From positions 1,185 through 65,184 of the forward strand of contig JAGOMX010000004.1 of NCBI GenBank assembly GCA_017993335.1: a stretch of DNA of 64,000 nucleotides. Direction: 5' to 3'. Shown in pieces: positions 20,505 to 30,789 of the stretch. The position numbers were made by a program, and so were the translations under genes. The notes beneath the pieces are model-generated. The model made no database searches. It was not told the origin of the DNA and saw only the letters and a program-made list of their open reading frames with translations. This stretch comes from Alphaproteobacteria bacterium (GTDB lineage Bacteria; Pseudomonadota; Alphaproteobacteria; JAGOMX01). Numbering within the stretch: the first letter of the stretch is position 1; the number at the start of each line of letters is the position of its first letter.

Positions 20505-21119
20505 TTAACGAGAGTAATGTTCAATTACCAAGTTAGGTTCCATCTGCGCGGCATAAGGAACTTCGCTTAGTGTTGGGACGCGGATAAACGTTCCAACCAT
20601 TTTTTTCTCGTCGACCTGGATGTATTCCGGAAAATCGCGTTCTGCGGATTTAAAGGCATCCATAACGTTTGGATTTTCGTGCATGCGGGCGCGGAGCTCG
20701 ATGATATCACCTTCTTTTAATTGGCAAGAAGGGATGTTTACGCGCTTACCGTTTACCAAGATATGACCATGGTTGATCATTTGGCGTGCGGCGAAAACCG
20801 TAGCCGCAAGTTTCATGCGGTATACGATCGCGTCCAAACGACGCTCGAGCAATCCGATAAGGTTCTCACCTGTATCTCCCTTACGACGTTCCGCCTCTTT
20901 ATAGATCTTGCGGAATTGACGTTCAGTAATGTTACCATAGTAACCACGAAGTTTTTGTTTGGCTGCAAGCTGGATACCGAAGTTTGAAAGCTTCTTAGGC
21001 TTGGCGCCATGTAAGCCTGGTCCATATGAACGTTTGTTAACTGGGCTTTTTGGACGACCCCAGAGATTCACGCCATAGCGACGGTCTATCTTGTATTTTG
21101 CCTGAATACGTTTTGTCAT
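20505..21119 (-). CDS. rpsD: 30S ribosomal protein S4
   Basis: [26 protein letters not shown]... is the canonical S4 sequence. 204 aa. Confidence 0.95.
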   Translation of the reverse strand: MTKRIQAKYKIDRRYGVNLWGRPKSPVNKRSYGPGLHGAKPKKLSNFGIQLAAKQKLRGYYGNITERQFRKIYKEAERRKGDTGENLIGLLERRLDAIVYRMKLAATVFAARQMINHGHILVNGKRVNIPSCQLKEGDIIELRARMHENPNVMDAFKSAERDFPEYIQVDEKKMVGTFIRVPTLSEVPYAAQMEPNLVIEHYSR

Positions 21120-21267
21120 TAATTCTCATTCCATTTAGGATAATCATTGTATTGCACAAACTATAATGATCTTCCCATCTTTGTCAAACAGTTTATGCGC
21201 TAAAAATGCAATAAATGTGATTCTTTTCAGTGCTGTTCCGTGCAGCATTGATTTTAGGGCCCTTGCC

Positions 21268-21999
21268 TTAAGCAGATTTGCGTTGTGCTTGGATAACTTG
21301 TCCATGGGATTGGCATGTTTCTAATGCCAAGTCTACAAAGACATCTGCAACGCTTGCCGCGGTTGGTAGGGTCATTGGATCTTCTCCTGGCATGGCTTGT
21401 GCTCGCATTCTGGTGCGAATCTTTCCAGGATCGACCAGATTCACTTTTAGGTGTGGATAGGTGTTTTGCGTTTCGGACGCGTATATCTTTACCATCATCT
21501 CCAGGGCCGTTTTACTCACTGCATAGGCCGACCAAAGAGACGAGACGTTATGAGTTACGCCCGAAGTCACAAAAATAGCTCGACCAGATGGGGATTGTTT
21601 CAACAGGGGATCCATTGCTTTTAACAAATGCCAGTTGGCGTTCAAGTTAATGTTCATAACGTTTTGCCATTCCGTTGCGGGTGTATCGACAATAGGCCCT
21701 AAATGCCCCAAAACACCGGCATTTCCGACGAGGATATCGAGTTTTCTGTACCGAGAGGCAATAGCGACGGCGAGTTCGTCAATCGCGTGGAGGTGATGAA
21801 GATCCAAAGGCACCAACATCGCCGAAGCCCCATAGGACTTCACACGGTCATCAATATCTTCAAGCGATTTGGCTTCGCGTCCCACAAGGATAAGATCTGC
21901 ACCTTCACGGGCATAAGCCTCGGCGATGGCCGCTCCTAGGCCTTGTGTGGCTCCCGTGATGAGGGCGAGTTTTCCGGCTAAACGTTTAGTCTTTGTCAT
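21268..21999 (-). CDS. SDR-family short-chain dehydrogenase/reductase
   Basis: TGATQGLGAAIA Rossmann motif. NAG and YxxxK catalytic motifs (YAVSKTALEMM). Confidence 0.85.
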   Translation of the reverse strand: MTKTKRLAGKLALITGATQGLGAAIAEAYAREGADLILVGREAKSLEDIDDRVKSYGASAMLVPLDLHHLHAIDELAVAIASRYRKLDILVGNAGVLGHLGPIVDTPATEWQNVMNINLNANWHLLKAMDPLLKQSPSGRAIFVTSGVTHNVSSLWSAYAVSKTALEMMVKIYASETQNTYPHLKVNLVDPGKIRTRMRAQAMPGEDPMTLPTAASVADVFVDLALETCQSHGQVIQAQRKSA

Positions 22000-22684
22000 T
22001 GTTTTTCACCAATCGTTCCATGTCTTCCCGTTGTTTTTCTTGATATCCCGTTTCTTGCCCGTCATCGGCAGTTGGCTCTGTCGTTTTGCTATTGGCTGCT
22101 TTCGGTTGAGAGAGCGCAGAGACCACGTTGTCGACCGCTTTTTTCTTGGCTTCTTCTTTGATCTCTTCTTGAATCGGTGCGCGAATATCCAAGTTTTTTA
22201 AGGCCTCTGCTGGAACTAAACCGCGCAACCAATTGGCGCTATCTACCACATGAGGATAAGATTTAGCGGCTTTAATTTCAGAAGGCCATTTTTCCGGATC
22301 AGAGGTTACCGTGCCGATAAAATAAGCAATGACCACAATGACGCTACCGCGTGCAATGCCAAAAAGAAACCCTAAGGAACGGTCTAGACCACCTAACGCA
22401 CTGCCTTTCACGCTTTTAGAGATATGCCGGCTTAAGGATCCTAGAACAAATAAAGCAATAACAAAGATTAAAAGCCCCGATACCATATCCGCCACAAAGG
22501 TATTGTGAATGTATATAGAAACAAAAGGTCTGGCCAATACCAACCCATACAAGGCCGCAAACAAGGCTCCAACCCATGAACCAATACCCAGAACTTCACG
22601 GGTAAAGCCACGGGCTAAACCAATAAAGGCTGAAACTAATAATAATCCTATAATTACAAAGTCAACCATGTTTACATTTGCCAT
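21986..22684 (-). CDS. cvpA: CvpA-family membrane protein (colicin V production protein homolog)
   Basis: N-terminal 4-TM CvpA domain (DFVIIGLLLVSAFIGLARGF...). C-terminal charged extension. Confidence 0.8.
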   Translation of the reverse strand: MANVNMVDFVIIGLLLVSAFIGLARGFTREVLGIGSWVGALFAALYGLVLARPFVSIYIHNTFVADMVSGLLIFVIALFVLGSLSRHISKSVKGSALGGLDRSLGFLFGIARGSVIVVIAYFIGTVTSDPEKWPSEIKAAKSYPHVVDSANWLRGLVPAEALKNLDIRAPIQEEIKEEAKKKAVDNVVSALSQPKAANSKTTEPTADDGQETGYQEKQREDMERLVKNNDKD

Positions 22685-24066
22685 TATGCCACATCCTTTT
22701 TTTGTTGCGGATTAAATAGGTGAACTAAATCAGAAAGATAGTGAATTTGGGATAAAGCCATAGCCTCATCCGGTCGATAGTCATTTTTCCGTTTTTTCGG
22801 AATAATTGCTTTTTCAAATCCCAGTTTGCAGGCTTCCTTTAACCGCACACCCGTTTGGCCGACCGCGCGCACTTCTCCCGCAAGGCCAATTTCTCCAAAA
22901 ATTACGGCTTCTTTCGGCACGGGAATTGAGGTATACGCCGACAGCAAGGCGGCCGCAACGGCTAAATCGGCAGCTGGCTCGTTAACTCTAAGACCGCCGG
23001 CGATGTTGAGATAGATGTCTTTACCCATAAAGGCAATGCCGCATCGGGCTTCTAAAACGGCCAAAATCATCGACAGTCTTGCCGTATCCCAGCCCACCAC
23101 CGCGCGCCTAGGGGTTCCTAAAGGGGAGGGGGCTACGAGAGCTTGTATCTCCACAAGGACCGGCCTTGTGCCTTCCATGCCCGCAAAAACAGCTGAACCG
23201 CTGACATCTCCGCTTCGATCGGCGAGGAACAGAGCCGATGGATTATGCACTTCCACCAGACCCAGTTGCGTCATCTCAAACACACCGATTTCATCCGTTG
23301 CTCCAAAGCGATTCTTAACCGAACGCAAAATTCGGAAATGATGGCCGCGGTCCCCTTCGAAATAGAGGACTGTATCTACCATATGCTCTAAAACGCGAGG
23401 ACCGGCGATGGTGCCTTCTTTGGTAACATGTCCCACCAAAAATACGGCGATGCCTGTCTTTTTTGCCACACGAATAAGCTCTAATGCACTGGCGCGGACC
23501 TGGCTGACTGTTCCGGGCGACGAATCAATGCTATCCACATACATCGTCTGGATAGAGTCAATGATCAGCACATCAATTTTATTTTCTTTTTCTAAACTTG
23601 CGAGAATATCCCGCACATTGGTTGCGGCAGCCAGGCGCACAGGGGTCTTTTCTACATTTAGTCTTTGTGCCCTCAATCTAACTTGATCGATGGCTTCTTC
23701 GCCCGAGATATAAGCACATTTCAGATTTTTTTGACTTAAAGCCGCCACAATTTGTAGCAATAACGTAGATTTACCGATACCCGGATCACCGCCAACGAGA
23801 ATGGCGGAACCCGGCACAAGGCCACCCCCTAAAACGCGGTCAAGTTCGGGCATGCCGGAAAGATGGCGACACACCTGTTGAGATTGTCCAGATAGACCAA
23901 CAAAATCAATAGCCGTTCCCTTGCCCAGAGTCATACCCTTGGGGATCGCCTCAATTTTCTCTTCAACCAGGGTATTCCATTCTTCACAACCCGAGCACTG
24001 TCCTGTCCATTTAGGTTGGATTGTGCCGCAAGCTTGACAGATATATTGAGTGCTTGTTTTTGCCAT
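22684..24066 (-). CDS. radA: DNA repair protein RadA/Sms
   Basis: N-terminal C4 zinc ribbon (CQACGTIQPKWTGQCSGCEEWN), RecA-like Walker A GDPGIGKSTLLLQ, KNRFG motif and Lon-like C-terminal domain. Confidence 0.9.
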   Translation of the reverse strand: MAKTSTQYICQACGTIQPKWTGQCSGCEEWNTLVEEKIEAIPKGMTLGKGTAIDFVGLSGQSQQVCRHLSGMPELDRVLGGGLVPGSAILVGGDPGIGKSTLLLQIVAALSQKNLKCAYISGEEAIDQVRLRAQRLNVEKTPVRLAAATNVRDILASLEKENKIDVLIIDSIQTMYVDSIDSSPGTVSQVRASALELIRVAKKTGIAVFLVGHVTKEGTIAGPRVLEHMVDTVLYFEGDRGHHFRILRSVKNRFGATDEIGVFEMTQLGLVEVHNPSALFLADRSGDVSGSAVFAGMEGTRPVLVEIQALVAPSPLGTPRRAVVGWDTARLSMILAVLEARCGIAFMGKDIYLNIAGGLRVNEPAADLAVAAALLSAYTSIPVPKEAVIFGEIGLAGEVRAVGQTGVRLKEACKLGFEKAIIPKKRKNDYRPDEAMALSQIHYLSDLVHLFNPQQKKDVA

Positions 24067-24067
24067 A

Positions 24068-24838
24068 TTATGTTTTTACCACATCAATGGGCCCTTCGGA
24101 AAGACCATGGACAAACTGGTCCACATAAGGGTTTTGAGTTTTTTCTATTTGATCTGACGGACCATCCCAAATGATTTGGCCGTCATAAATCATGGCAATA
24201 CGGTTAGAGATTTGGCGGGCACTCTGCATATCATGGGTAATCGTGATGCCTGTGGCCCCAATCGTGGATATGGATTTTATAATTAAGTTATTAATCACGG
24301 TCGACATGATGGGGTCTAAACCGGTCGTGGGTTCATCGAAGAAAATTATCTCAGGTGTCTGAATGATGGCCCTGGCGAGGGCAACTCGCCGCTTCATGCC
24401 CCCCGAAATTTCTGCAGGGGATAAATCCGCAACTTCAGGTTTTAATCCCACAGATGCCATTTTCTCCAGGGCTAAATCTTTTGCCTCGCTACGTTTCATC
24501 GAGGTGTTATGTAATAAACCGAAGGCAATGTTTTCCCAGATGTTTAAACTATCAAAAAGACCGGATCCTTGAAAAAGCATACTCATTCTTTTCATCAAGG
24601 CATCTTTTTCCCGGCGGGAGGCATTTTGCAGATTCATGTCATCAATTTCAATCTCGCCTTTATCGGGTTCGATCAAACCAAGAATGCATTTGATAAGTAC
24701 AGATTTTCCCGTGCCTGACCCCCCAATGATAACAAGGGAATCCCCCTTATATACATCCAAGTTAATGCCTTTGAGCACCTGGTTAGAGCCAAATCGTTTA
24801 TGGAGATTGCGAATGGAAATGAGAGGAGTCTGGGTCAT
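24068..24838 (-). CDS. mlaF: ABC transporter ATP-binding protein, MlaF-like
   Basis: Walker A GGSGTGKS, ABC signature LSGGMKRRVALARA and Walker B IIFFDEPT. Adjacent to an MlaE permease gene. Confidence 0.85.
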   Translation of the reverse strand: MTQTPLISIRNLHKRFGSNQVLKGINLDVYKGDSLVIIGGSGTGKSVLIKCILGLIEPDKGEIEIDDMNLQNASRREKDALMKRMSMLFQGSGLFDSLNIWENIAFGLLHNTSMKRSEAKDLALEKMASVGLKPEVADLSPAEISGGMKRRVALARAIIQTPEIIFFDEPTTGLDPIMSTVINNLIIKSISTIGATGITITHDMQSARQISNRIAMIYDGQIIWDGPSDQIEKTQNPYVDQFVHGLSEGPIDVVKT

Positions 24839-25614
24839 GATGCACTGAAAAAGATAGCGGTTAACAAATAGTTGAAAATCAAGATCATAATCGATGCCGA
24901 GACAACCGCATGGGTTGTGGCGGCTCCTACGCCTTGCGCTCCACCTTTAGACGAATAGCCATGATAACAACCCATTGTCGAGATGATAAAACCAAAAACA
25001 CTCGCTTTCACAAGCCCAGATATAACATCTTTGGCTTCCAGAAATTCAATGGTTTTGCTCATGTAATTGGCAGGATTGAAACCCAATTTATAGGTCGAAA
25101 TTAAATACCCGCCAAAAACACCAATAATATCCGCCACAAAGACTAAAAGAGGCAAAACAATAATGCCGGCTAAAATACGGGGCATGACGAGATACTTTAT
25201 CGGATCGGTGGAAAGAGTCGTCAGAGCGTCTATCTGCTCCGTCACCCGCATGGTACCAATCTCTGCCGCCATTGCTGCTCCCATGCGGCCAGCTACCATT
25301 AAACCGGCTAGCACCGGGCCAAGCTCTCTCGTGACGGAGAGAACCACAACCGTGGGAATGGAGCTTTCTGCAGAAAATCGAGAAAACCCTGTGTAGCTCT
25401 GCAACGCCAAAACCATACCCGTAAAGATTGCGGTTAAACCAACAACCGGAAGGGAATAGTAGCCGATATCAATCAGCTGTCGCCAAAATTGATTATAGTA
25501 ATAGGGTGGCCTGGCCCCAATAAAGAAAACGCGGCCAATAAACAGGCTTAAGCGACCGCTGGTTGCGAGAAAAGAAAGGAAATATTGGCCAATTTTTGCA
25601 ATAAAATTCATCAT
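24835..25614 (-). CDS. mlaE: ABC transporter permease, MlaE-like
   Basis: 259-aa multi-TM protein of the MlaE/YrbE family, translationally coupled to mlaF. Confidence 0.85.
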   Translation of the reverse strand: MMNFIAKIGQYFLSFLATSGRLSLFIGRVFFIGARPPYYYNQFWRQLIDIGYYSLPVVGLTAIFTGMVLALQSYTGFSRFSAESSIPTVVVLSVTRELGPVLAGLMVAGRMGAAMAAEIGTMRVTEQIDALTTLSTDPIKYLVMPRILAGIIVLPLLVFVADIIGVFGGYLISTYKLGFNPANYMSKTIEFLEAKDVISGLVKASVFGFIISTMGCYHGYSSKGGAQGVGAATTHAVVSASIMILIFNYLLTAIFFSAS

Positions 25615-26789
25615 GTATATATTCTATGAAAGCGTGAACCCATTTTTGAACTTATCTCACGAGATGTCGTTCCAGCCGCCAGAGCGACCTCATCTGCGGA
25701 AATATTTTCACCGATTATTTCTGCCCAGGCGCCGGGGATGGCTAAGTGTTCTGGAACTTCACCCACGTCAACCGTAATGACATCCATCGATACCCGACCG
25801 ACGATAGGGGCCTCGTAGCCCTGAATAAAGACGCGTCCATGATTGCTCAACGTCCGCACATATCCATCCGCATAACCGATAGAGATTGTGGCGATACGTG
25901 TGGGTTTGGAAACACAATACATGGCATCATACCCAATAGTTTCCCCCTTGCCGATAGGACTGACTTGTAAAACTTTCGCATAGATTTGCAAAGCCTGGCA
26001 CAGACCATCCGTATGTAAAAATCTTGCCCCTAAGCCGTACAGACTGCGGCCGGGTCTGACCATGTCGTAATGATAGGCATCGCCTAAAAAAATGCCATGG
26101 GAGTTCGCCATACTCGCCGGGACCTGAGGCAATCGTTTGCGGGCCTCGTTAAAGGCATCTAGTTGTTGCAGGTTTTTATCATGATGGGGCGAATCACTGC
26201 AGGCTAAATGACTCATTATTAATTTTAAATCAAAGGGAGAAAGTACACTTAAGTCGGCAACCAGTGCATTGACTTCCCTGGGCGGTAAGCCCAGGCGCCA
26301 CATACCTGTATCCACATGAATGACAGCGGGAAGCGTTTTCTCACGATTCCTCGCGTATTGATTCCACAGATGAATCTGTCCTAAATCATTCAGAACGGGA
26401 ATAATCTGATGGTGGTCGAGTTCGTCCTCGCATCCTTTTAAAAGGCCACTTAACACATAAATATGGCCCTCAGCGATAACCCGACGGAGTTGCAACGCCT
26501 CATCGATCGTCGCTACAAAAAAGTCGCGGCATCCCGCCTCGATTAAGGTCGGGGCGATTTGTGTCATGCCTAAGCCATAGGCATCCGCCTTCACCACAGC
26601 CGAACAACGAGAATTGGGTAGCCGCGATTGTAAAAAATTAAAATTATGCGCAATCGAATCCAAATTCACACGGAACGCCGATAAGCAGTGTGAGGGAAGA
26701 TTGTCTAAGACTTCTTCTGGCCGATTGGCAACAAGGTGGACATTACTCTTCTTCATTATATTGAGAAGCCTCTTTTGATAAGTTTCCAA
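25611..26789 (-). CDS. alr: alanine racemase
   Basis: PLP-binding VVKADAYGLG motif and alanine racemase C-terminal domain. 392 aa. Confidence 0.85.
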   Translation of the reverse strand: METYQKRLLNIMKKSNVHLVANRPEEVLDNLPSHCLSAFRVNLDSIAHNFNFLQSRLPNSRCSAVVKADAYGLGMTQIAPTLIEAGCRDFFVATIDEALQLRRVIAEGHIYVLSGLLKGCEDELDHHQIIPVLNDLGQIHLWNQYARNREKTLPAVIHVDTGMWRLGLPPREVNALVADLSVLSPFDLKLIMSHLACSDSPHHDKNLQQLDAFNEARKRLPQVPASMANSHGIFLGDAYHYDMVRPGRSLYGLGARFLHTDGLCQALQIYAKVLQVSPIGKGETIGYDAMYCVSKPTRIATISIGYADGYVRTLSNHGRVFIQGYEAPIVGRVSMDVITVDVGEVPEHLAIPGAWAEIIGENISADEVALAAGTTSREISSKMGSRFHRIYT

Positions 26790-28239
26790 ATTTCGTCAGG
26801 TTACCATCAAAGAATAACTTAATTTTACCGATAGGGCCATGACGTTGTTTAGCAATAATCACTTCTGCCAGGTTATGAATTTTATTCATTGTGTCGAGCC
26901 ATGCGGGGTATTTTTCGCTATCTTCTGGAGGCATTTTGCGGGCTTCGTAGTATTCTTCACGGTATACGAACATGACCACGTCGGCGTCTTGCTCAATCGA
27001 TCCGGATTCACGTAAGTCCGATAGCTGTGGTCGTTTATCTTCTCGTTGTTCGACAGCACGAGAAAGCTGAGACAGAGCCAATACAGGTACTTCTAATTCC
27101 TTGGCAATGGCTTTTAGGGATCGGGAAATTTCGGAAATTTCCTGTACGCGACCATCGCTGCTGCTCATACGACCTAATGGAGGTTGCAGCAGTTGTAAAT
27201 AGTCAATCACAATCATCCCCAATCCATGTTGACGCTTGAGGCGACGAGCCTTAGAACGAACAGCCGATATACTCAAAGCGGGTGTATCGTCGATAAACAA
27301 CGGGATCGTGCTTACCCGGCGGGAGACTTCGACGAATTTAGGAAAATCATCTTCACGAATCGCGCCACGGCGAATTTTATCTGAACTAATACCAGACTCC
27401 TGCGCCAGCAAACGAGTTGCGAGCTGTTCAGCCGACATTTCGAGAGAGAAGAAGGCAACCGGCGCCCCATCACTGGAGTTTTCTTGAATAAAAGCATAGG
27501 CCGCATTAAAGGCAATGTTGGTGGCCAGAGCCGTTTTACCCATCGAAGGACGACCGGCCAAAATGATTAAATCCGAAGGATGAAGACCACCCAACCACTG
27601 ATCCAAATCTAACAAACCTGTCGTAACCCCCACAATGTGACTGTCACGCTTTTGAGCAACCTGCGCCGTAACGATGGCCTCTGTCAGGGCCTTGCTGAAA
27701 GGAATAAAACCGCCACCAATTTCACCACGGGTGGCCAAATCAAACAGTTTTTGTTCCGCCGTTTCAATTTGGATATTGGCATCAGAATCCAACGTAAACT
27801 CAAAGGCCGTGTTGACGACATCTTCACCAATATTAATCAGCTGCCGACGCAGATACATATCGTGAATGGATTTAGCATATTCGCGCACGTTGACAATGCT
27901 GACAACGGATGCGGCTAGATTGGCTAAATACTCACCACCGCCGACGAGCTCTAAGGACGCATCTTTAGCAAAATAATCTTTAAGGGTAATGGGGTCGGCG
28001 ATCTGTCCGCGTTCAATTAAACGGGCAATCGTCTCATAGATGCGTCCATGGGTAGCATCGGCAAAACAGGCTGGATACAAAATATCCGAAATTTTTTCAT
28101 AAGTGGAGTTGTTGTAGAGCAGCGCACCAAGCAAAGCTTGTTCGGCTTCATAGTTATGAGGGGGAAACCGCTTGTCAGGAATAGCCGGAGAGTTAGACTC
28201 CCCGGCTAGCTGATTTGCGGGCTCGATGTTGGGTTGCAT
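26743..28239 (-). CDS. dnaB: replicative DNA helicase DnaB
   Basis: N-terminal DnaB domain (PHNYEAEQALLGALL), Walker A AGRPSMGKTALA and helicase motifs. 498 aa. Confidence 0.9.
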   Translation of the reverse strand: MQPNIEPANQLAGESNSPAIPDKRFPPHNYEAEQALLGALLYNNSTYEKISDILYPACFADATHGRIYETIARLIERGQIADPITLKDYFAKDASLELVGGGEYLANLAASVVSIVNVREYAKSIHDMYLRRQLINIGEDVVNTAFEFTLDSDANIQIETAEQKLFDLATRGEIGGGFIPFSKALTEAIVTAQVAQKRDSHIVGVTTGLLDLDQWLGGLHPSDLIILAGRPSMGKTALATNIAFNAAYAFIQENSSDGAPVAFFSLEMSAEQLATRLLAQESGISSDKIRRGAIREDDFPKFVEVSRRVSTIPLFIDDTPALSISAVRSKARRLKRQHGLGMIVIDYLQLLQPPLGRMSSSDGRVQEISEISRSLKAIAKELEVPVLALSQLSRAVEQREDKRPQLSDLRESGSIEQDADVVMFVYREEYYEARKMPPEDSEKYPAWLDTMNKIHNLAEVIIAKQRHGPIGKIKLFFDGNLTKFGNLSKEASQYNEEE

Positions 28240-28260
28240 GCATCGTGCCCTTACTTTTTG

Positions 28261-28848
28261 TTATTGTTGTTCGTCTTCTTGTGCGTCTTCAGTTGTTGTC
28301 TCGTCATCTGCCTTTTTTGCAGATTTCTTCGGCGCTACAAATACATCTTTTTCCGCATTTGCTTTTTCTGCACGGCTAGCTTCAAGCTGTGCTGCGGCTT
28401 CTTCTACTGTTTTTGCAACGTTTACGGTGACAGTAATGCTAACCTCTGGGTGCAAATTCACGCGAATATCATGCATACCGAGCATTTTAATCGGGTGCGA
28501 AATTCTAACCTGTTGACGGGAAATATCCGTTTTGTCAGCCTTAAAGGCATCGGAGATGTCCTTGGCAGATACAGATCCGTAAAGCTGACCACTTTGACCG
28601 GCTTGACGGATTAATGTTAATACGGTGCCATCCATTTTAGCGGCAACTTTTTGTGCTTCATCACGATGCTTAATGTTGTCGGCTTCGATGTGAGCTTTTT
28701 GTTGCTCAAAATGGGCAATGTTTTCTTTTGTCGCACGTAGTGCCTTGTTTTGTGGCAATAAAAAGTTACGAGCAAAACCAGGCTTTACACGTACTATGTC
28801 ACCAATAATTCCTAAACGTTCAATTCGTTCTAACAGAATAATTTCCAT
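28261..28848 (-). CDS. rplI: 50S ribosomal protein L9, with acidic C-terminal extension
   Basis: MEIILLERIERLGIIGDIVRVKPGFARNFLLPQNKA is canonical L9. 195 aa with a DE-rich tail. Confidence 0.9.
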   Translation of the reverse strand: MEIILLERIERLGIIGDIVRVKPGFARNFLLPQNKALRATKENIAHFEQQKAHIEADNIKHRDEAQKVAAKMDGTVLTLIRQAGQSGQLYGSVSAKDISDAFKADKTDISRQQVRISHPIKMLGMHDIRVNLHPEVSITVTVNVAKTVEEAAAQLEASRAEKANAEKDVFVAPKKSAKKADDETTTEDAQEDEQQ

Positions 28849-28863
28849 CGAACACTCCTATTT

Positions 28864-29850
28864 TTAAGGTTTCCTAACACTTTTCCAATACGTCCTCAGC
28901 CATGGTTCCAACAAACCCATCAGGGCGACCACGACGGTTAACCATACGAAAAGTACCATAACTACATAAAATACGACAAGAGATATCGTATTTAAATTAT
29001 ACAGTTTATTTATTTCGTGGACTAACGATAGTCCGACAATAAAATAAGCTGCGCTGATTACGATTAATAAGTTGGTGCTGTACGCACCCCCTGTATTAAA
29101 AGTTAGAGTTACCGCCACCAATCCAGCAAATCCTGCGGCCACCCATATAAAGTAATCGGGTAGATGCAAGGGAATTACCGTGCCTTGTGGCCTGATGTTT
29201 TCTTTCTGCCGAACCAAAATCCTTTGTGCAAAGATTGTGTTCAAAAGCACCAAGAAAAAATCATTTAACGTTATGATCCCGGGCAGAAAATTTACTAACT
29301 TTAAGACCAGTTGATAGATTTGATCAATTTGGTCATTCGAGTTTCCCACCTGCGCCGCGAATTGCCTTATATTCTCTTCAGATACGGTTGGTATTAAGCC
29401 AAGAGCTAAATACATCAAAACAGATACTGCGCTAATCCCAGTCAAATAGACCAGGATGTTACCAGCCGGATACCATTCCGTGCCTGATTCCGTCTGGCGA
29501 GATAAAAGTGCATATCTTACCAGAGCGAGAGTCAAAGCGATCTTACACAAGAAGGAAAACACATCAACAGGTGATCCGAATGCTTTTCCTAAAATGACAA
29601 GGATAAAAGCAAAAATGGAAGCTATTGCTGCACTTGTAAATCCATTCCCAAGACCCAGCCACAAAAGAGGCAAGGGACTTATAAACGTAAAGAGAGAAAG
29701 TATTTGCCATATAGGCATCGTCGTTGGATATGTCTTACTGGTGAATGCCGTTAGAAAACCCACCAATAACACATAAGGCAGACGAATACTCATAACGATA
29801 ATACTTTCTCCTTGAAAAACAAGGCCTTTGCGATCTAAAGCAGACCGCAA
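28864..29850 (-). CDS. DUF2232-like polytopic membrane protein encoded between rpsR and rplI
   Basis: 328 aa with about 8 TM helices. The position between rpsR and rplI matches the conserved alphaproteobacterial rpsF-rpsR-DUF2232-rplI arrangement. Confidence 0.65.
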   Translation of the reverse strand: MRSALDRKGLVFQGESIIVMSIRLPYVLLVGFLTAFTSKTYPTTMPIWQILSLFTFISPLPLLWLGLGNGFTSAAIASIFAFILVILGKAFGSPVDVFSFLCKIALTLALVRYALLSRQTESGTEWYPAGNILVYLTGISAVSVLMYLALGLIPTVSEENIRQFAAQVGNSNDQIDQIYQLVLKLVNFLPGIITLNDFFLVLLNTIFAQRILVRQKENIRPQGTVIPLHLPDYFIWVAAGFAGLVAVTLTFNTGGAYSTNLLIVISAAYFIVGLSLVHEINKLYNLNTISLVVFYVVMVLFVWLTVVVALMGLLEPWLRTYWKSVRKP

Positions 29851-29865
29851 AAACCTTATTTCATC

Positions 29866-30159
29866 TTACTTTACGACATAAGGTAGTAACGCCAAATGAC
29901 GAGCGCGCTTAATCGCAATCGCTAGTTGTCTTTGATGTTCCGACGAAACAAAAGATACGCGACGAGGTATAATACGACCTCTTTCCGTCAGGTATTTTTG
30001 CAATGTACGGATATCTTTATAGTCAATAGCCGCCGCGCCTTTTTCGGAAAAAGGGCAGGACTTGCGACGCTTGAAAAGCTGGCGATGTAGGCTTGGGCGA
30101 ATGCCGTCAGCGGATTTTTCGCTGGATCTTTCCGTGTTTCTTTCTATGGATCTATTCAT
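29866..30159 (-). CDS. rpsR: 30S ribosomal protein S18
   Basis: [39 protein letters not shown] is canonical S18. The N-terminus may begin at an internal start. Confidence 0.85.
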   Translation of the reverse strand: MNRSIERNTERSSEKSADGIRPSLHRQLFKRRKSCPFSEKGAAAIDYKDIRTLQKYLTERGRIIPRRVSFVSSEHQRQLAIAIKRARHLALLPYVVK

Positions 30160-30590
30160 TATGCATCCTCCTCAACAGTTTTATCTTCAGATACCTCTTC
30201 GTCGTTGTCCGTATCGTCTTTACGATAGCGGCTTGGACGATTAGGGTTGTAGGGCTCGCGACCCAGGCGAACCTGGTGTGTTAGGGCGGATGGGTTTGGA
30301 TCTAAACTATCAACGCTAATCGTCAAAAAGCGCAAAATGTCTTCATTCAGACGCATTTTGCGTTCTAATTCGAGGATTGTAGATGGATTAGCCGTAACGT
30401 TCATGAGCACGTAGTGTCCCATGGCGTTCTTTTTAATAGGGTATGCCAGTTGGCGTAGGCCACTGTATTCAGACTTAGATACTTCGCCCTTTTCGTCGGC
30501 GATTAATTTTGCGTATGTATCCGCTAAAGCCTGTACCTGAGTCGGTGACAAGTCTTGGCGAACAATAAACACATTTTCATAAAAACGCAT
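30159..30590 (-). CDS. rpsF: 30S ribosomal protein S6, with acidic C-terminal tail
   Basis: [22 protein letters not shown]...YVLMNV is canonical S6. The stop overlaps the rpsR start. Confidence 0.9.
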   Translation of the reverse strand: MRFYENVFIVRQDLSPTQVQALADTYAKLIADEKGEVSKSEYSGLRQLAYPIKKNAMGHYVLMNVTANPSTILELERKMRLNEDILRFLTISVDSLDPNPSALTHQVRLGREPYNPNRPSRYRKDDTDNDEEVSEDKTVEEDA

Positions 30591-30789
30591 GATGCTCTCC
30601 TTATGGTTGTTAAGAAATAACCTTAAGACGTTTTAAGGTCATCTCACAGCCGAACTTTTCGGCAAGGAAGCCATCGGACTTATTTCCAATAGCAACAATA
30701 GCGCCAACTTACTCGTTTTCGGTATAAAAAATCAAGTGTTTTTCTTGTAGGAGATGAGACCTAACGATTAAGGGATCCAGTTCTTTTAG

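Noticed and set aside
28226-28614. Cys/Ser-rich ORFs antisense to the rplI 3' end
   Set aside because: They are antisense to a highly conserved ribosomal protein gene and have a composition typical of spurious reverse-strand ORFs.
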